A DNA stretch of 64,000 bases from the NCBI GenBank assembly GCA_964384945.1, contig CAYLMK010000012.1, positions 67,498 to 131,497 of the forward strand. The letters are read 5' to 3'. Source of the DNA: an uncultured Thermodesulfobacteriota bacterium (GTDB taxonomy: Bacteria; Desulfobacterota; DSWW01). This document shows positions 19,465-30,246 of the stretch, piece after piece (within the stretch, counting starts at the first letter, position 1; each line of letters begins with the position of its first letter). The position numbers and the translations under genes are program-made. Under the pieces are notes generated by a model. It saw only the letters and a program-made list of their open reading frames with translations, did no database searches and was not told the DNA's origin.

Positions 19465-20237
19465 AACACGTCCGTTCTTTCATGGAGGATCCGAACGAGC
19501 GCCTCTGCCTTCTCTTCCAGGCTGCCGCCGAGAAAGATCCCGGTTTTCGAGGGAGCAGGCAGGCTTGCCCGAACCAGTTCCTGGCATCTGCGATCGGAGC
19601 CTGTCACGGGATGAAGGATCGCCGGGATTTCCTGTCTTCTGGCGCGAAGCTTGTTCGACAGGCTCGGATAGCGTGGCCGGTTGATTCCCGACTGGACGGT
19701 GAGCACCGAGGGCAAAGGCATCTCGACCACTTGCCGCCTTCCCCCCTCCAGCTCTCGTTCCACGCGAATCCGCTGATTCCCCTTCAGGAGTTCTCTTGAG
19801 ACCACCGTGGTTGCACACGGCAGGTCGAGCAGGGCGGCGACCATGGGGCCTGTCTGACAGTACTGTTCGTCCTCGGACATGACGCCGAAGAGCAGCAGAT
19901 CAAAGGCCCGGTCCCTTGCAACGTGGGCGATCCGCGATGCCTTTTGCAGCGGATCCATGCCCTGCCCCCCTTCCGTGACGATATGCACACCGTGGTCGGC
20001 GCCGAGTTCGAGGGCCCTTCGCACAACGGCCTCCGACCGGCGAGGGCCCACGGTCAGGGCGGTGATTTCGACCCCCGGACGCTCTTCCTTGATCCGGACC
20101 GCCTCTTCCACGGCGAACTCATCGTAGGAGTTCATCCGAAACACGACTCCGGCTTCGTCGAAGCCCTTGCCCTCCTGGTCGACTCGGAACGCGCTTTCCG
20201 AGTCCGGTACCTGCTTGACACAGACGAGGATCCTCAC
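19461..20237 (-). CDS. etfB: Electron transfer flavoprotein beta subunit
   Basis: VRILVCVKQVPD N-terminus typical of EtfB. GTG at 20237 chosen; the extension to 20303 lacks homology. Confidence 0.85.
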   Translation of the reverse strand: MRILVCVKQVPDSESAFRVDQEGKGFDEAGVVFRMNSYDEFAVEEAVRIKEERPGVEITALTVGPRRSEAVVRRALELGADHGVHIVTEGGQGMDPLQKASRIAHVARDRAFDLLLFGVMSEDEQYCQTGPMVAALLDLPCATTVVSRELLKGNQRIRVERELEGGRRQVVEMPLPSVLTVQSGINRPRYPSLSNKLRARRQEIPAILHPVTGSDRRCQELVRASLPAPSKTGIFLGGSLEEKAEALVRILHERTDVL

Positions 20238-20399
20238 GGCCGACCCCTTTGCCCCGGCTGCGGTTTGCGATACGTTGCGTCCCAGTCTACCATCCTGAAG
20301 CAAGAAAATCGAGCGCTCGCTCTATTTTTCTTGACTTGAGGCGTGCCGAATGCTAGCCTGCCCCACAACTCCGAGTGGGGATGTTACGAAAGGGCGGCG

Positions 20400-21122
20400 A
20401 TGAGCGTTCTCCTGATGGTCCGGCACGGCCAGGCGAGTTTCGGGGAGGTCGAATATGACAGGCTCTCGGAGATGGGGGTCACCCAATCGGTCCTGCTCGG
20501 GGACTACTGGCTGAGGCGGGGACAGAGGTTCGACGCCCTTTTTACAGGAGCCCAGAAACGGCAGATCGACACCCTGCTGGAGGTGCGCAGGCGATACCGG
20601 CAGGCGGGACGGGATCTGCCCGAGCCTGTGGTGAACGAGGCCTTCAACGAGTACGACGCCGGCGGCATGCTGGCCAACTTCCTACCCATCCTGCTCCGGG
20701 AAAGGCCCGACCTGGAACAAACCGTGCATCAGGCGATGAACAAGCAGGCCGATTCCGCGGTCCGTCGGAGGGCCTTCCAGGACATCCTGACGATCGTCAT
20801 GAACCGTTGGATTGCCGGGGAGATCGACTCGCAGAGTGTCGAGTCGTGGGAGAGGTTCACCCACCGCGTCGTCCGGGGTGTCAAGGAAATCGTTGCGGGC
20901 TACCCGGACGGCAGGACGGTTGCCGTCTTCACGTCGGGAGGTCCGATTTCCGCCGTCGCGCAGTACGCCCTGGAGACCTCGGACCGGGTTGCGCTGTCCC
21001 TCGGATGGGTGGTCAAGAACGCGAGCATCAACGAATTCAAGTTCAAGGGGAACCGGTTCACCCTGACCGGGTTCAACATGACCCCCCATTTCGATGACGA
21101 TGTCTACGTGACGTATCGGTGA
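20400..21122 (+). CDS. Histidine phosphatase (phosphoglycerate-mutase-like) family protein
   Basis: LLMVRHGQASF RHG catalytic motif 7 residues after the MSVLLM start. Confidence 0.7.
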   Translation: MSVLLMVRHGQASFGEVEYDRLSEMGVTQSVLLGDYWLRRGQRFDALFTGAQKRQIDTLLEVRRRYRQAGRDLPEPVVNEAFNEYDAGGMLANFLPILLRERPDLEQTVHQAMNKQADSAVRRRAFQDILTIVMNRWIAGEIDSQSVESWERFTHRVVRGVKEIVAGYPDGRTVAVFTSGGPISAVAQYALETSDRVALSLGWVVKNASINEFKFKGNRFTLTGFNMTPHFDDDVYVTYR

Positions 21123-21233
21123 GTGCAACGCCGCAATGACGAACCCTGCCCCCGCGAAGAGGGGGAAGTGGGTGCAACGCGGCAGATGCATGCTCCGGGA
21201 TGCTTTGCAACGGCCTGACGAGGAGGGGAGAAA

Positions 21234-22436
21234 ATGGATTTCGCCGTACCGGAAAGAATGCAGGTCATTTTGGAGATGACCCGCGAGTTCATGGAGAAGG
21301 AGGTGCTTCCCCTCGAGCCCCACTTCGTGGGAAGAAAGTTCCGTGACATGGCGCCGGAGATCAAACGGTGCCGGGACATGGTCAAAAAGATGGAGCTCTG
21401 GGGGCCCCAGATTCCCAGGGATCTCGGCGGGATGGGTCTGACCCTGGTGGAGCACGCCTTGATGAGCGAGGTGCTCGGAGAGAGCCCCCTGGGCCATCTG
21501 ATCTTCGGCTGCCAGGCCCCGGATGCCGGCAATATCGAGATTCTCGAAAAATACGGTACGGAGCAACAGCGCGAGGAATTCCTGGCGCCCCTTGCGAAGG
21601 GGGAGATCCGGAGCTGCTTTTCCATGTGCGAGCCCGAGTTCGCCGGGTCGAACCCGACGGAGATGGCCACGACGGCTGTCCGCGATGGGAACCAGTGGGT
21701 CATCAACGGACACAAATGGTTTACCTCCTCGGCGGACGGCGCGAGGTTCGCCATCGTGATGGCCGTGACCGACCCGGACGCACCTTCCTACCTGAGGGCG
21801 AGCATGATCATCGTGCCCACGGACACGCCGGGGTTTCACCTGGTCCGGAATGTCTCGGTGATGGGACATGCAGGGGACGACTACGCGAGTCACGGCGAGA
21901 TCATGTACCGTGATTGCCGGGTGCCGGCGGAGAACCTCCTCGGGCCTCAGGGGCAGGGATTCGTCATCGCCCAGGAGCGCCTCGGACCGGGACGGATTCA
22001 TCACTGCATGCGCTGGATCGGGATCTGCAATCGAAGCTTCGGCATGATGTGCAGGCGCGTGACGGAACGGAGGGTGGGAGGAGGGAAGAGCCTCTCGCAG
22101 AAACAGATCATGCAGGAGTGGATCGCGGAGTGTCGCGCCGAAATCCACGCGGCAAGGCTGATGGTTCTGCATGCTGCATGGAAGATCGAGAACGAGGGCC
22201 AGTACGCGGCGCGCGAAGAGGTCTCGATGATCAAGTTCTTTGTCGCTCCCATCATGCTCAAGGTGGTCGACCGCGCGATTCAGGTCCACGGCGCCCTTGG
22301 GGTGAGCGACGACACGATCCTGTCATTCTTCTACCGCCAGGAGCGGGCTGCGCGCATCTACGACGGGCCGGACGAGGTCCACAAGGTCGTCCTGTCGCGC
22401 CGGGTGCTGCGCGACTATGGCGGAATACAGACGTGA
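21234..22436 (+). CDS. Acyl-CoA dehydrogenase
   Basis: GAGGAGGGG RBS. ACAD N, middle and C-terminal domains. Catalytic-base region near the C-terminus. Confidence 0.9.
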   Translation: MDFAVPERMQVILEMTREFMEKEVLPLEPHFVGRKFRDMAPEIKRCRDMVKKMELWGPQIPRDLGGMGLTLVEHALMSEVLGESPLGHLIFGCQAPDAGNIEILEKYGTEQQREEFLAPLAKGEIRSCFSMCEPEFAGSNPTEMATTAVRDGNQWVINGHKWFTSSADGARFAIVMAVTDPDAPSYLRASMIIVPTDTPGFHLVRNVSVMGHAGDDYASHGEIMYRDCRVPAENLLGPQGQGFVIAQERLGPGRIHHCMRWIGICNRSFGMMCRRVTERRVGGGKSLSQKQIMQEWIAECRAEIHAARLMVLHAAWKIENEGQYAAREEVSMIKFFVAPIMLKVVDRAIQVHGALGVSDDTILSFFYRQERAARIYDGPDEVHKVVLSRRVLRDYGGIQT

Positions 22437-22477
22437 GAGGCCCGGTCGATCCCTGAGGATGCCCGCAGAAGGCGTGT

Positions 22478-23167
22478 ATGCTGTCTTTTCAGGAATTCAA
22501 AAAACGGACGGCGCCCACGGTCGAGAAGATCTGCCGCGATCTCATCCGGGAGAATCAGGGCCTGATCTGCGTGAAGAAGGAAAAGGTGGCGGTGAAGAAC
22601 ATGATGCGGATCCTCGAAGCCGTGTTCGCCCTGAACCGGCAAAAGGGCTTCCAGACCATCACCCTGCGGGAATTGAGCCGGCAGTCCGGACTCAGCATGG
22701 GGGCCCTGTACTCCTACTTCCCCGGAAAGGAAGAGCTTCGCTCCATGATTCTGCGCCGGGGGGTTGCCTACACGAGAGACCTTTTGCACGAGCAGGCCGA
22801 AGCCTGCGCCAGCCCGGTGCAAAAGCTCGAAGTCGCCATCGAAACGCACCTCTATCTCACCGAGGTCCTCCGGCCGTGGTTTACCTTCGCTTACATGGAG
22901 GCCTCTTCCCTGTCCGGCGCGGAAAAGCAGAAGGCCATGGAGGATGAACTCACCACGGAACGCGTCTTTCTCGACATCCTGAAGGAAGGGGTCGCGAGCG
23001 GGGACTTCGATTGTACGGAGGTGGAACTCACAGCCGCGCTGATCAAGGCCGTGCTCCAGGACTGGTACCTGAAGCGCTGGAAGTACAGGCGGAGGAACAT
23101 CGCGGTGGAGCAGTACGCCCGGTTCGTGGTGGACTTCGTGCTGGGCCGTCTGATCCGGAATCGTTGA
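22478..23167 (+). CDS. TetR/AcrR family transcriptional regulator
   Basis: HTH ITLRELSRQSGLSMGALYSYFPGKEEL. Probably regulates the neighbouring beta-oxidation genes. Confidence 0.8.
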   Translation: MLSFQEFKKRTAPTVEKICRDLIRENQGLICVKKEKVAVKNMMRILEAVFALNRQKGFQTITLRELSRQSGLSMGALYSYFPGKEELRSMILRRGVAYTRDLLHEQAEACASPVQKLEVAIETHLYLTEVLRPWFTFAYMEASSLSGAEKQKAMEDELTTERVFLDILKEGVASGDFDCTEVELTAALIKAVLQDWYLKRWKYRRRNIAVEQYARFVVDFVLGRLIRNR

Positions 23168-23183
23168 TCAACCGGGCACGGTT

Positions 23184-24662
23184 TCAGCCTCCGGGATAGA
23201 GCCGGTTGGTGTGCGTCTTCCCCCGGATGCGGACCTGAAGCGGGCGGTCCCGCACGTTGAGGCATTCCTGCTCGTCGCCCACCCGGTAGTCCGGCGGGAT
23301 GTAGACCTCGATCAGGAGGTTGTATCGGCCGCCCTTGGGCGTCCGGGTTGCCATTTCGGTCTGAAGGACCCCGATGCTCCCCGGGTACCGCTCCGGGGGA
23401 TCCACAACGGTCAAATCGTCAACGTATTTCTGTCGGATCTCCATCATCCGCAAGTACTCCGGGGGGAAAAGCGCCCGGGTCAGCATCGCCCCCCCGCGGC
23501 CGTAGTGGACCCTCCATGCATCCTGCTTGGTGTTGAACCGCTTTTCCGGTTCGGACATCCGACCGTCGACGAGCAGCGGCTCGAGGTTTTCGCTGTTCCT
23601 GAAGAGCGATCCGATCGCATCGGGGGAAAGATCCGCCCCGAACCAGATGTGGACGGATGAGATGACCCTGTCCACACCCCGGGGGATATGCACTTCGGCG
23701 GGCACGATCGTCAGGCTCTCGTAGTGGTGCAGGTCGGTGAAACTCTTCATGCCGCGGAGCCCGAAGGGAAGCTTGAAGAACTGCTCCAGCCGGCGGATGA
23801 CGCGAACCGGCCCCGTGATGAACGCGGCGACATCCTGTCCGAGCATCTCCTCGTGGATGTGCATCGGGATGAGATTGAAAAAGAAGCGGATGGTGATCCG
23901 GGTCTTCATCCGGTCCAGTCGATTCCGGCCGTCGCCTCCGGCCGAGGGCAGGATGGCATCCATCTCGGAGAAGCCGGTGTGAAAACCCTCCCGGGTGAGG
24001 ATGAACTTGGAGTAGGAGGAGGCCGTGAACACCTCCTCGGTGTCGTACACGTAGCGAACGTAGTCCGGAAAGGGGCAGAGGGGAGGCGGTTCGCCTTCGT
24101 AGACGGCCAGGTATACCCAAGCCCTGGCCGCATTCACGGGATCCTCGATTTCGATCTCCGTCACGGAGTCGGCCCCGGCCGGTGGCGTGCCGGCATCCGC
24201 GCGTCGCCCCGCGTCCTTCGCCATGAACGACAGGACATCCCGGCCGTCCAGCAGGCCGTTTCCCTCGGAGCCGTTGTTCTTCTTGCCGTGAGGAAAGACC
24301 CAGTCTCCCGCGGCCGTTCTTTCGTCCACCTGGAAGCGGATCGCCTCGTACGTTCCGTTGCGGAACCGGTAGAGCCGCAAGGCGGGCAGGGGGGCGCCGA
24401 CCGCCTCCTTCAGCCACGCGCCCTCAAGGAGCACCGGGTCCATCGGTCGATGCGGGAGACCGGTGCTGTGTGCGGCGTGCTTGCCGCTGGACCCGTCTCC
24501 GTATGCGGCGGATGGAGGGTGGGGGGGATCCGCGGGCGCAGCCTGTTGGGGGACCAGGGGATCAAGAACCCAGAGAAGGCTGAACAGACCCGCGAGTCGC
24601 AGAAGAGCAAAGAGCCGGATACGCGTCCTTGATCTCAAGCCTTCGGCCTCCCGTCGGTGCAC
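23184..24662 (-). CDS. Hypothetical secreted protein (492 aa), co-oriented downstream of D-aminoacylase
   Basis: Hydrophobic leader LFALLRLAGLFSLLWVL. No recognisable domain. Confidence 0.55.
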   Translation of the reverse strand: MHRREAEGLRSRTRIRLFALLRLAGLFSLLWVLDPLVPQQAAPADPPHPPSAAYGDGSSGKHAAHSTGLPHRPMDPVLLEGAWLKEAVGAPLPALRLYRFRNGTYEAIRFQVDERTAAGDWVFPHGKKNNGSEGNGLLDGRDVLSFMAKDAGRRADAGTPPAGADSVTEIEIEDPVNAARAWVYLAVYEGEPPPLCPFPDYVRYVYDTEEVFTASSYSKFILTREGFHTGFSEMDAILPSAGGDGRNRLDRMKTRITIRFFFNLIPMHIHEEMLGQDVAAFITGPVRVIRRLEQFFKLPFGLRGMKSFTDLHHYESLTIVPAEVHIPRGVDRVISSVHIWFGADLSPDAIGSLFRNSENLEPLLVDGRMSEPEKRFNTKQDAWRVHYGRGGAMLTRALFPPEYLRMMEIRQKYVDDLTVVDPPERYPGSIGVLQTEMATRTPKGGRYNLLIEVYIPPDYRVGDEQECLNVRDRPLQVRIRGKTHTNRLYPGG

Positions 24663-24689
24663 TCTCCCTTTCCGCCGGCGAAGGGGCGG

Positions 24690-26264
24690 CTATCTGCGCA
24701 GCACCCTTCCGAATCCGGCGTCGAGGATCCGGCCTTCCCCGACCGCCTGCCTGCCGTTCACGAAGACGTGGCGGATCCCCTTCGGATGGCGGCGGGGCTC
24801 TTCGTACGTGGACGTGTCGATCACCTCCTGCGGATCGAACACGACGAGGTCGGCCTTCATGCCCGGCCGGATCAGACCGCGGTCCGGCAAGCCGAGGCGG
24901 GCGGCGGTTGCCGAGGTCATCTTTCGGATCGCCTCCGGGAGATCGAGGACCCCGAGCTCCCTGCAGTAGTGGCCGAGGATGCGCGGGAAGGCGCCGTAAA
25001 GGCGGGGATGGGGCTTGCCGCCGAGCAGGCCGTCGGTGCACGCGATCTGAAGCGGGTGCTTCAAGATCGTGCGCACATCCCGCTCGTCCGCCAGGAAGAG
25101 GACCATGGAAACGTTCAGGTCTTCCTCCACGAGGAGGTCGCAGACCGCGTCGATCAGCGGCCTTCCCATGGCCTCCTGCAGCTCGAGCAGGTTCTTCCCC
25201 TCCAGGGACTTGTTCTTGGAAGACCCCACGGAAGAGACGCGGATGTCGGCGAGGTCGATCGCGCTCGAGGAGGTCCTCGTCGCGACCTCCGCGAGAATCC
25301 GCTCTCGCACCGAGGCATCCTTCAGCCGTTCGATCATCCGATCCGGGCCGCCCTCTTGCAGCCACTCCGGAAGGATCGCGAAGAGCATCGTGCTGCCCGC
25401 GGTGTAGGGATACTGGTCAAAGGTCACCTCGATGCCCCGCCGTCTTGCCGCGTCGAGCTTTTCGAGCAGCTCTCCGGCCCTTCCGAATTGGGCCCTGCCG
25501 CCCGCCTTCAGGTGGGAAATGTGCAGGGGCGCCCCGCTCCTGTCCGACACGCGGAGCATTTCGTCGACCGCCTCGAACAGGCGCACGTCTTCGTTTCGAA
25601 GGTGGACGACGAGGAACCCGCCGTAACGGGTCATGGCCGAGCACAGGGCGGCCAGTTCGGCTTCGTCCGCATAGGAGCAGGGAGGGTAGATGAGGCCGGT
25701 GGACAGTCCGACCGCTCCGGCCTCGAAGCCCTGGTCGAGGAGCGAGATCATTGCGTCCAGCTCTGCGGAAACCGGGCGCCTGTCCTCCATGCCCATGACC
25801 CAGAGCCGAAGGTTGCCGTGGGGAAGCAGGCACGCGAGATTCGGGCCCGGTTTCGCCCGCTCCAGGGCCGCGAGATATTCCGCAAAGCTCGACCAGCTCC
25901 AGTCGATCTCCGGATTGCCGAGCAGTCCCGACAAATGCCGGCGCCAGTCCGCCTTTCGTTCGTTCCTCACCGGTGCTGCCGCGATGCCGTCCTGACCGAG
26001 CAGTTCCGTGGTCACCCCCTGCAGGAGCTTCGGGGGGAGAGAGGGATCCTCGAAGACCATCAGATCCGAATGGCTGTGGGCGTCGATGAATCCCGGCGCA
26101 ACCGCCAGGGTTTCACAGTCGATGATCCGGGCGGCCTCCGCCCCCTGCAACGCGCCGACCCGGGCGATCTTGTCGCCCCGAATGGCGAGGTCCGCGCGAA
26201 CCCACGGCCCTCCCGTCCCATCGAAGATCCGGCCACCCTTGAGGACTGCGTCGAAATCACTCAT
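24690..26264 (-). CDS. N-acyl-D-amino-acid deacylase (D-aminoacylase), amidohydrolase superfamily
   Basis: MSDFDAVLKGGRIFDGTG...GFIDAHSHSDL metal-binding HxH. AGGAGGG RBS. Confidence 0.85.
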   Translation of the reverse strand: MSDFDAVLKGGRIFDGTGGPWVRADLAIRGDKIARVGALQGAEAARIIDCETLAVAPGFIDAHSHSDLMVFEDPSLPPKLLQGVTTELLGQDGIAAAPVRNERKADWRRHLSGLLGNPEIDWSWSSFAEYLAALERAKPGPNLACLLPHGNLRLWVMGMEDRRPVSAELDAMISLLDQGFEAGAVGLSTGLIYPPCSYADEAELAALCSAMTRYGGFLVVHLRNEDVRLFEAVDEMLRVSDRSGAPLHISHLKAGGRAQFGRAGELLEKLDAARRRGIEVTFDQYPYTAGSTMLFAILPEWLQEGGPDRMIERLKDASVRERILAEVATRTSSSAIDLADIRVSSVGSSKNKSLEGKNLLELQEAMGRPLIDAVCDLLVEEDLNVSMVLFLADERDVRTILKHPLQIACTDGLLGGKPHPRLYGAFPRILGHYCRELGVLDLPEAIRKMTSATAARLGLPDRGLIRPGMKADLVVFDPQEVIDTSTYEEPRRHPKGIRHVFVNGRQAVGEGRILDAGFGRVLRR

Positions 26265-26392
26265 ACAGGCCCTCCTGCGGCGGGACTATAGCATTTTTTT
26301 CACAACCCAAGAAATGCTATAGTGGCTTGTTTCGACCTTGACGGAAATGGGGACAGCCCGGGTCTACGATTGCGGAGAGTGCCTCAACGACG

Positions 26393-28189
26393 ATGGATTC
26401 CATTCGAAACTTCAGCATCATCGCCCACATTGACCACGGGAAATCGACCCTCTCGGACCGTCTGATCCAGCACGTCGGCCTGGTCGAGGAGCGGGATTTC
26501 CGGGATCAGATCCTCGACACGATGGACATCGAGAGGGAGCGAGGCATTACGATCAAGAGCCAGACCGTCAGCCTCCCGTACACGAACGACCGGGGAGAGT
26601 CCTTCGAGCTCAACCTCATCGACACCCCGGGCCATGTGGACTTCGCCTACGAGGTTTCGCGTGCCCTTGCATCCTGCGAAGGGGTTCTCCTCCTGGTCGA
26701 TGCCGCGCAGGGAGTACAGGCGCAGACGATCGCCAACCTGTACGCCGCCCTGGAGCACGATCTCACGATCATCCCGGTCATCAACAAGATCGATCTCCCT
26801 GCGGCCGACGTGGAGCGGGTGAAAGAGCAGATCGAGATCGAGCTGGGTCTGGACTCCGACACGGCTCTTCTCTGTTCCGCAAAGGAGGGGATCGGGATCC
26901 GGGAGATCCTCGATGCCGTCACCCTTCGGATTCCGGCGCCCGCCGGAGATCCGGAAGCGCCCCTGACGGCGCTCATCTTCGATGCCCAGTATGATTCCTT
27001 CCGGGGCACCATCGTGAGCTGCCGGGTCTTCGACGGAGCGGTACGACCGGGGGACGTGATCCGGCTCATGTCGAACAGGAGAACGTACCGGGTCGAGGAG
27101 GTGGGCCTGTTTCGACTGCACCGGGAACCACGGCAGGCGCTGCGCGCGGGCGAGGTCGGCTACCTGATTGCCAATATCAAGACGGTGAGCGACACGAGGA
27201 TCGGGGACACCATCACGCTGGACGCGAATCCCTCGCCGGTTCCCCTGCGAGGCTTCAAGGATGTCAAGCCCGTGGTGTTCTCCTCCCTCTACCCGGTCGC
27301 ATCGGACGACTACCCGGGCCTTGCAGAGGCGATCGAAAAATACAAACTCAACGACGCGGCGCTCGTCTACCAGAAGGACTCCTCGGCGGCCCTCGGCCAG
27401 GGCTTTCGCTGCGGGTTCCTGGGGCTTCTGCATCTCGAAATCGTGCAGGAAAGGCTGGAGAGGGAGCACGACCAGTCGATCATCATGACGATCCCGAGCG
27501 TCCAGTACCGTTTCCTCCTCAAGGATGGAAGCCGGCTCGAGGTGGACAACCCGCAGTACTATCCGGATCCGACGAGGATCGAGAGGGCGGAAGAGCCTTA
27601 CGTGAGGGCGAGCATCCTGATCCCGGACCGTTACATGGGTGCGGTCATGAACCTCTGCCTGGACCGGCGCGGCGAGAACCTGCAGTACGCCTATCCCACC
27701 CCGGGAAGAATCGAGGTGACCTGCGACCTGCCCCTTGCGGAGGTGATCTACGAATTCTACGACAAGCTTAAGACCGTCACGCAGGGATACGGCTCGTTCG
27801 ACTATGAGCTCGCCGGTTACCGGCAGAGCGATCTGATCAAGCTTGACATCCTGGTGAACGGGGAGAAGCTCGACGCGCTTTCCATGATGATCCACAGGGA
27901 GCGCGCCAGGCCGAGGGCCCTGCAGATCTGCGAACGGCTCAAGGAGGAAATCCCTCGGCACCTGTTCAAGATCGCGATCCAGGGCGCCATCGGCGGTACC
28001 ATCATCGCCCGTTCCACCATCCCTCCCTTCCGCAAGGACGTGACCGCCAAGTGCTACGGGGGCGACATCACCCGGAAGCGCAAGCTTCTCGAGAAACAGA
28101 AGAAGGGGAAGAAGCGCATGAAGATGGTGGGTTCCGTTGAAATTCCGCAGAAGGCCTTTCTGAGCGTCTTTCAGTCCCAGGAGGATTGA
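26393..28189 (+). CDS. lepA: Elongation factor 4 (LepA)
   Basis: IRNFSIIAHIDHGKSTL G1 motif, DTPGHVDF, NKID. Full LepA length with LepA_C. Confidence 0.95.
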   Translation: MDSIRNFSIIAHIDHGKSTLSDRLIQHVGLVEERDFRDQILDTMDIERERGITIKSQTVSLPYTNDRGESFELNLIDTPGHVDFAYEVSRALASCEGVLLLVDAAQGVQAQTIANLYAALEHDLTIIPVINKIDLPAADVERVKEQIEIELGLDSDTALLCSAKEGIGIREILDAVTLRIPAPAGDPEAPLTALIFDAQYDSFRGTIVSCRVFDGAVRPGDVIRLMSNRRTYRVEEVGLFRLHREPRQALRAGEVGYLIANIKTVSDTRIGDTITLDANPSPVPLRGFKDVKPVVFSSLYPVASDDYPGLAEAIEKYKLNDAALVYQKDSSAALGQGFRCGFLGLLHLEIVQERLEREHDQSIIMTIPSVQYRFLLKDGSRLEVDNPQYYPDPTRIERAEEPYVRASILIPDRYMGAVMNLCLDRRGENLQYAYPTPGRIEVTCDLPLAEVIYEFYDKLKTVTQGYGSFDYELAGYRQSDLIKLDILVNGEKLDALSMMIHRERARPRALQICERLKEEIPRHLFKIAIQGAIGGTIIARSTIPPFRKDVTAKCYGGDITRKRKLLEKQKKGKKRMKMVGSVEIPQKAFLSVFQSQED

Positions 28190-28195
28190 AACCTC

Positions 28196-29329
28196 ATGGC
28201 GAGCGAGACCCGCCTGCCTGCCGGGCTTTACGTCCACGTACCTTTCTGCAGTAGGAAATGCCGGTACTGCGATTTCTATTCGATCCCGTCCGCCTCCCGG
28301 GTGCCGGATTGGCTTCGCGGGATCGAACGGGAGGCCCGTCTCACCAGAGAGCGGTTCTCCTGCTTCGACACCTTGTATCTCGGCGGAGGCACCCCCTCCC
28401 TTCTTTCCACGAGAGACTTGGACCGCCTTCTGGACGCTCTGCGCAGCGTCTTTTCCTTTTGCGCGGACACAGAGGTCACCCTGGAGGCGAACCCGGCCGA
28501 CGTCACCCATGAGAAGTTACGAACGTACCTTGGGCTCGGATTCAACCGGCTGAGTCTGGGCGTGCAGTCCATGAGCGATCCGGAGCTCGCGTTCCTCGGC
28601 AGGAGGCATACGGCGCGCCGGGCGGCTCGGGTCATGGGACTCCTGCAGGAGAGTGGGTTTCCCAATTTCGGGGTCGATCTGCTTTACGGTCTGCCGGGAC
28701 AGACCGAGGCGGCATGGAGGAGAACCCTTGCGGAGGTGCTTGCCTTTTCACCCCATCATGTCTCCTGTTACCAGCTCACCGTGAGCCCCGGGACCCCGCT
28801 CTGGGAAATGCAGAGGGCCGGCCTCTTCCGGGCAGCCGGCGAGGGACGGGAGAGGCGCCTGTTTCTGGCTGCCTCGGAAATCCTGGAGGCAGAGGGCTTT
28901 GTCCACTACGAAGTGTCCAATTACGCCAGGGGGCCGGAGAAGAGTCCCCGTGTTTCGCGTCATAACGTGAAGTACTGGGAGCGTGCCCCGTACCTGGGCC
29001 TCGGGCCTTCGGCCCACTCGTTCCAGGGGGATACGAGGTGGTGGAACCACGCCTCGGTCGAAGTCTATTGTCGTGAACTCGTCCAAGGGCGAAGGCCGGT
29101 TCAAGGATCGGAGCGTCTGTCCGACGAGCAGGCCTCGCTGGAAAGGCTCGCCCTGCAGCTGAGAACGCGGAAGGGAGCCCCGGTTCGGGAGCTCCGCCGC
29201 TTTGCAAAGGCCGGGCAGGTGCTGCCGGGTCTGCTCGCAGCCGGGTATCTGAGGATCGCGGAGCGCAGGGCGGCCCCTACCCGTGAGGGCTTTCTTGTGG
29301 CCGACCGTCTTCCGCTGCTCTTTCTCTGA
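28196..29329 (+). CDS. hemW: Radical SAM heme chaperone HemW (HemN-like, oxygen-independent coproporphyrinogen oxidase family)
   Basis: LYVHVPFCSRKCRYCDFYS CxxxCxxC radical-SAM motif. Conserved lepA-hemW adjacency. Confidence 0.85.
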   Translation: MASETRLPAGLYVHVPFCSRKCRYCDFYSIPSASRVPDWLRGIEREARLTRERFSCFDTLYLGGGTPSLLSTRDLDRLLDALRSVFSFCADTEVTLEANPADVTHEKLRTYLGLGFNRLSLGVQSMSDPELAFLGRRHTARRAARVMGLLQESGFPNFGVDLLYGLPGQTEAAWRRTLAEVLAFSPHHVSCYQLTVSPGTPLWEMQRAGLFRAAGEGRERRLFLAASEILEAEGFVHYEVSNYARGPEKSPRVSRHNVKYWERAPYLGLGPSAHSFQGDTRWWNHASVEVYCRELVQGRRPVQGSERLSDEQASLERLALQLRTRKGAPVRELRRFAKAGQVLPGLLAAGYLRIAERRAAPTREGFLVADRLPLLFL

Positions 29330-29442
29330 GCGCCGCGCGGAAACGCCCGTGATGCTGCGCGAAGGCCCTGGCGCACTGGCACTTGGACGGAAAACGTGAT
29401 AGACGGAATGGGGTATTCCAATCCAGAGGAGGGAGGAAAAAC

Positions 29443-30246
29443 ATGGCACTGATCTACGAGAAGAGAGAAGGCATTGCCTATCTGACACTCAACCGCCCCG
29501 AGGCCCGCAACGCCCTCGACCCGCAGACGATCCTCGAGCTGTTCGATGCGTGGTGCGACTACCGCGACGACAAAGCGATGCGATGCGCGATCATCACAGG
29601 CGCCGGGGACAAGGCGTTCTGTTCCGGGGCCGACCTCGGGAAGCTGATTCCGCTGTTCACCGGGGCGAAGAAGCCGGAGACCGAGGCGGACAGGGCGGTC
29701 GCGAAGAATCCTCTCATCGTGGGCCAGGCGCTTCTCAAGGACTTCGAACTCTACAAACCGGTCATAGCCGCTGTCAACGGGCATGCCATCGCCGGGGGAA
29801 TGGAATTGCTCTATTCGACCGATCTGCGCGTCGCTGCCGAGGGGGTGAAGCTCGGCCTCCAGGAGGTCAAGTGGGCCATCTTCCCCATGACGGGCTCCAC
29901 CGTCAAGCTGCCCCGCCAGCTCCCCTATGCACGGACGATGGAAATCCTGCTCACCGGCGAGCTGATGGACGCACGGGAGGCCTTCGAACTCGGGTTTCTG
30001 AACCGGGTCGTCCCGAGGGAGAAGGTGATGGAGGAAGCCGAACGATTCGCCCGCATCATCGCCGACAACGGCCCCCTGGCGGTCACGGCCCTCAAGAAGG
30101 CGGTGCTCCAGAATATCGGCCTGACGATCGCAGAGGGGCTCGCGAAAGAGGCCGAGATCGGGGGGCCCGTCTTCCTGACCAAGGACGCGCAGGAGGGGCC
30201 TCGGGCGTTCAAAGAGAAGCGGAAGCCGCAGTACAGGGGAGAGTAG
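29443..30246 (+). CDS. Enoyl-CoA hydratase/isomerase (crotonase family)
   Basis: GAGGAGGGAGG RBS. MALIYEKREGIAYLTLNRPEARNAL. Crotonase oxyanion region. Confidence 0.9.
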   Translation: MALIYEKREGIAYLTLNRPEARNALDPQTILELFDAWCDYRDDKAMRCAIITGAGDKAFCSGADLGKLIPLFTGAKKPETEADRAVAKNPLIVGQALLKDFELYKPVIAAVNGHAIAGGMELLYSTDLRVAAEGVKLGLQEVKWAIFPMTGSTVKLPRQLPYARTMEILLTGELMDAREAFELGFLNRVVPREKVMEEAERFARIIADNGPLAVTALKKAVLQNIGLTIAEGLAKEAEIGGPVFLTKDAQEGPRAFKEKRKPQYRGE

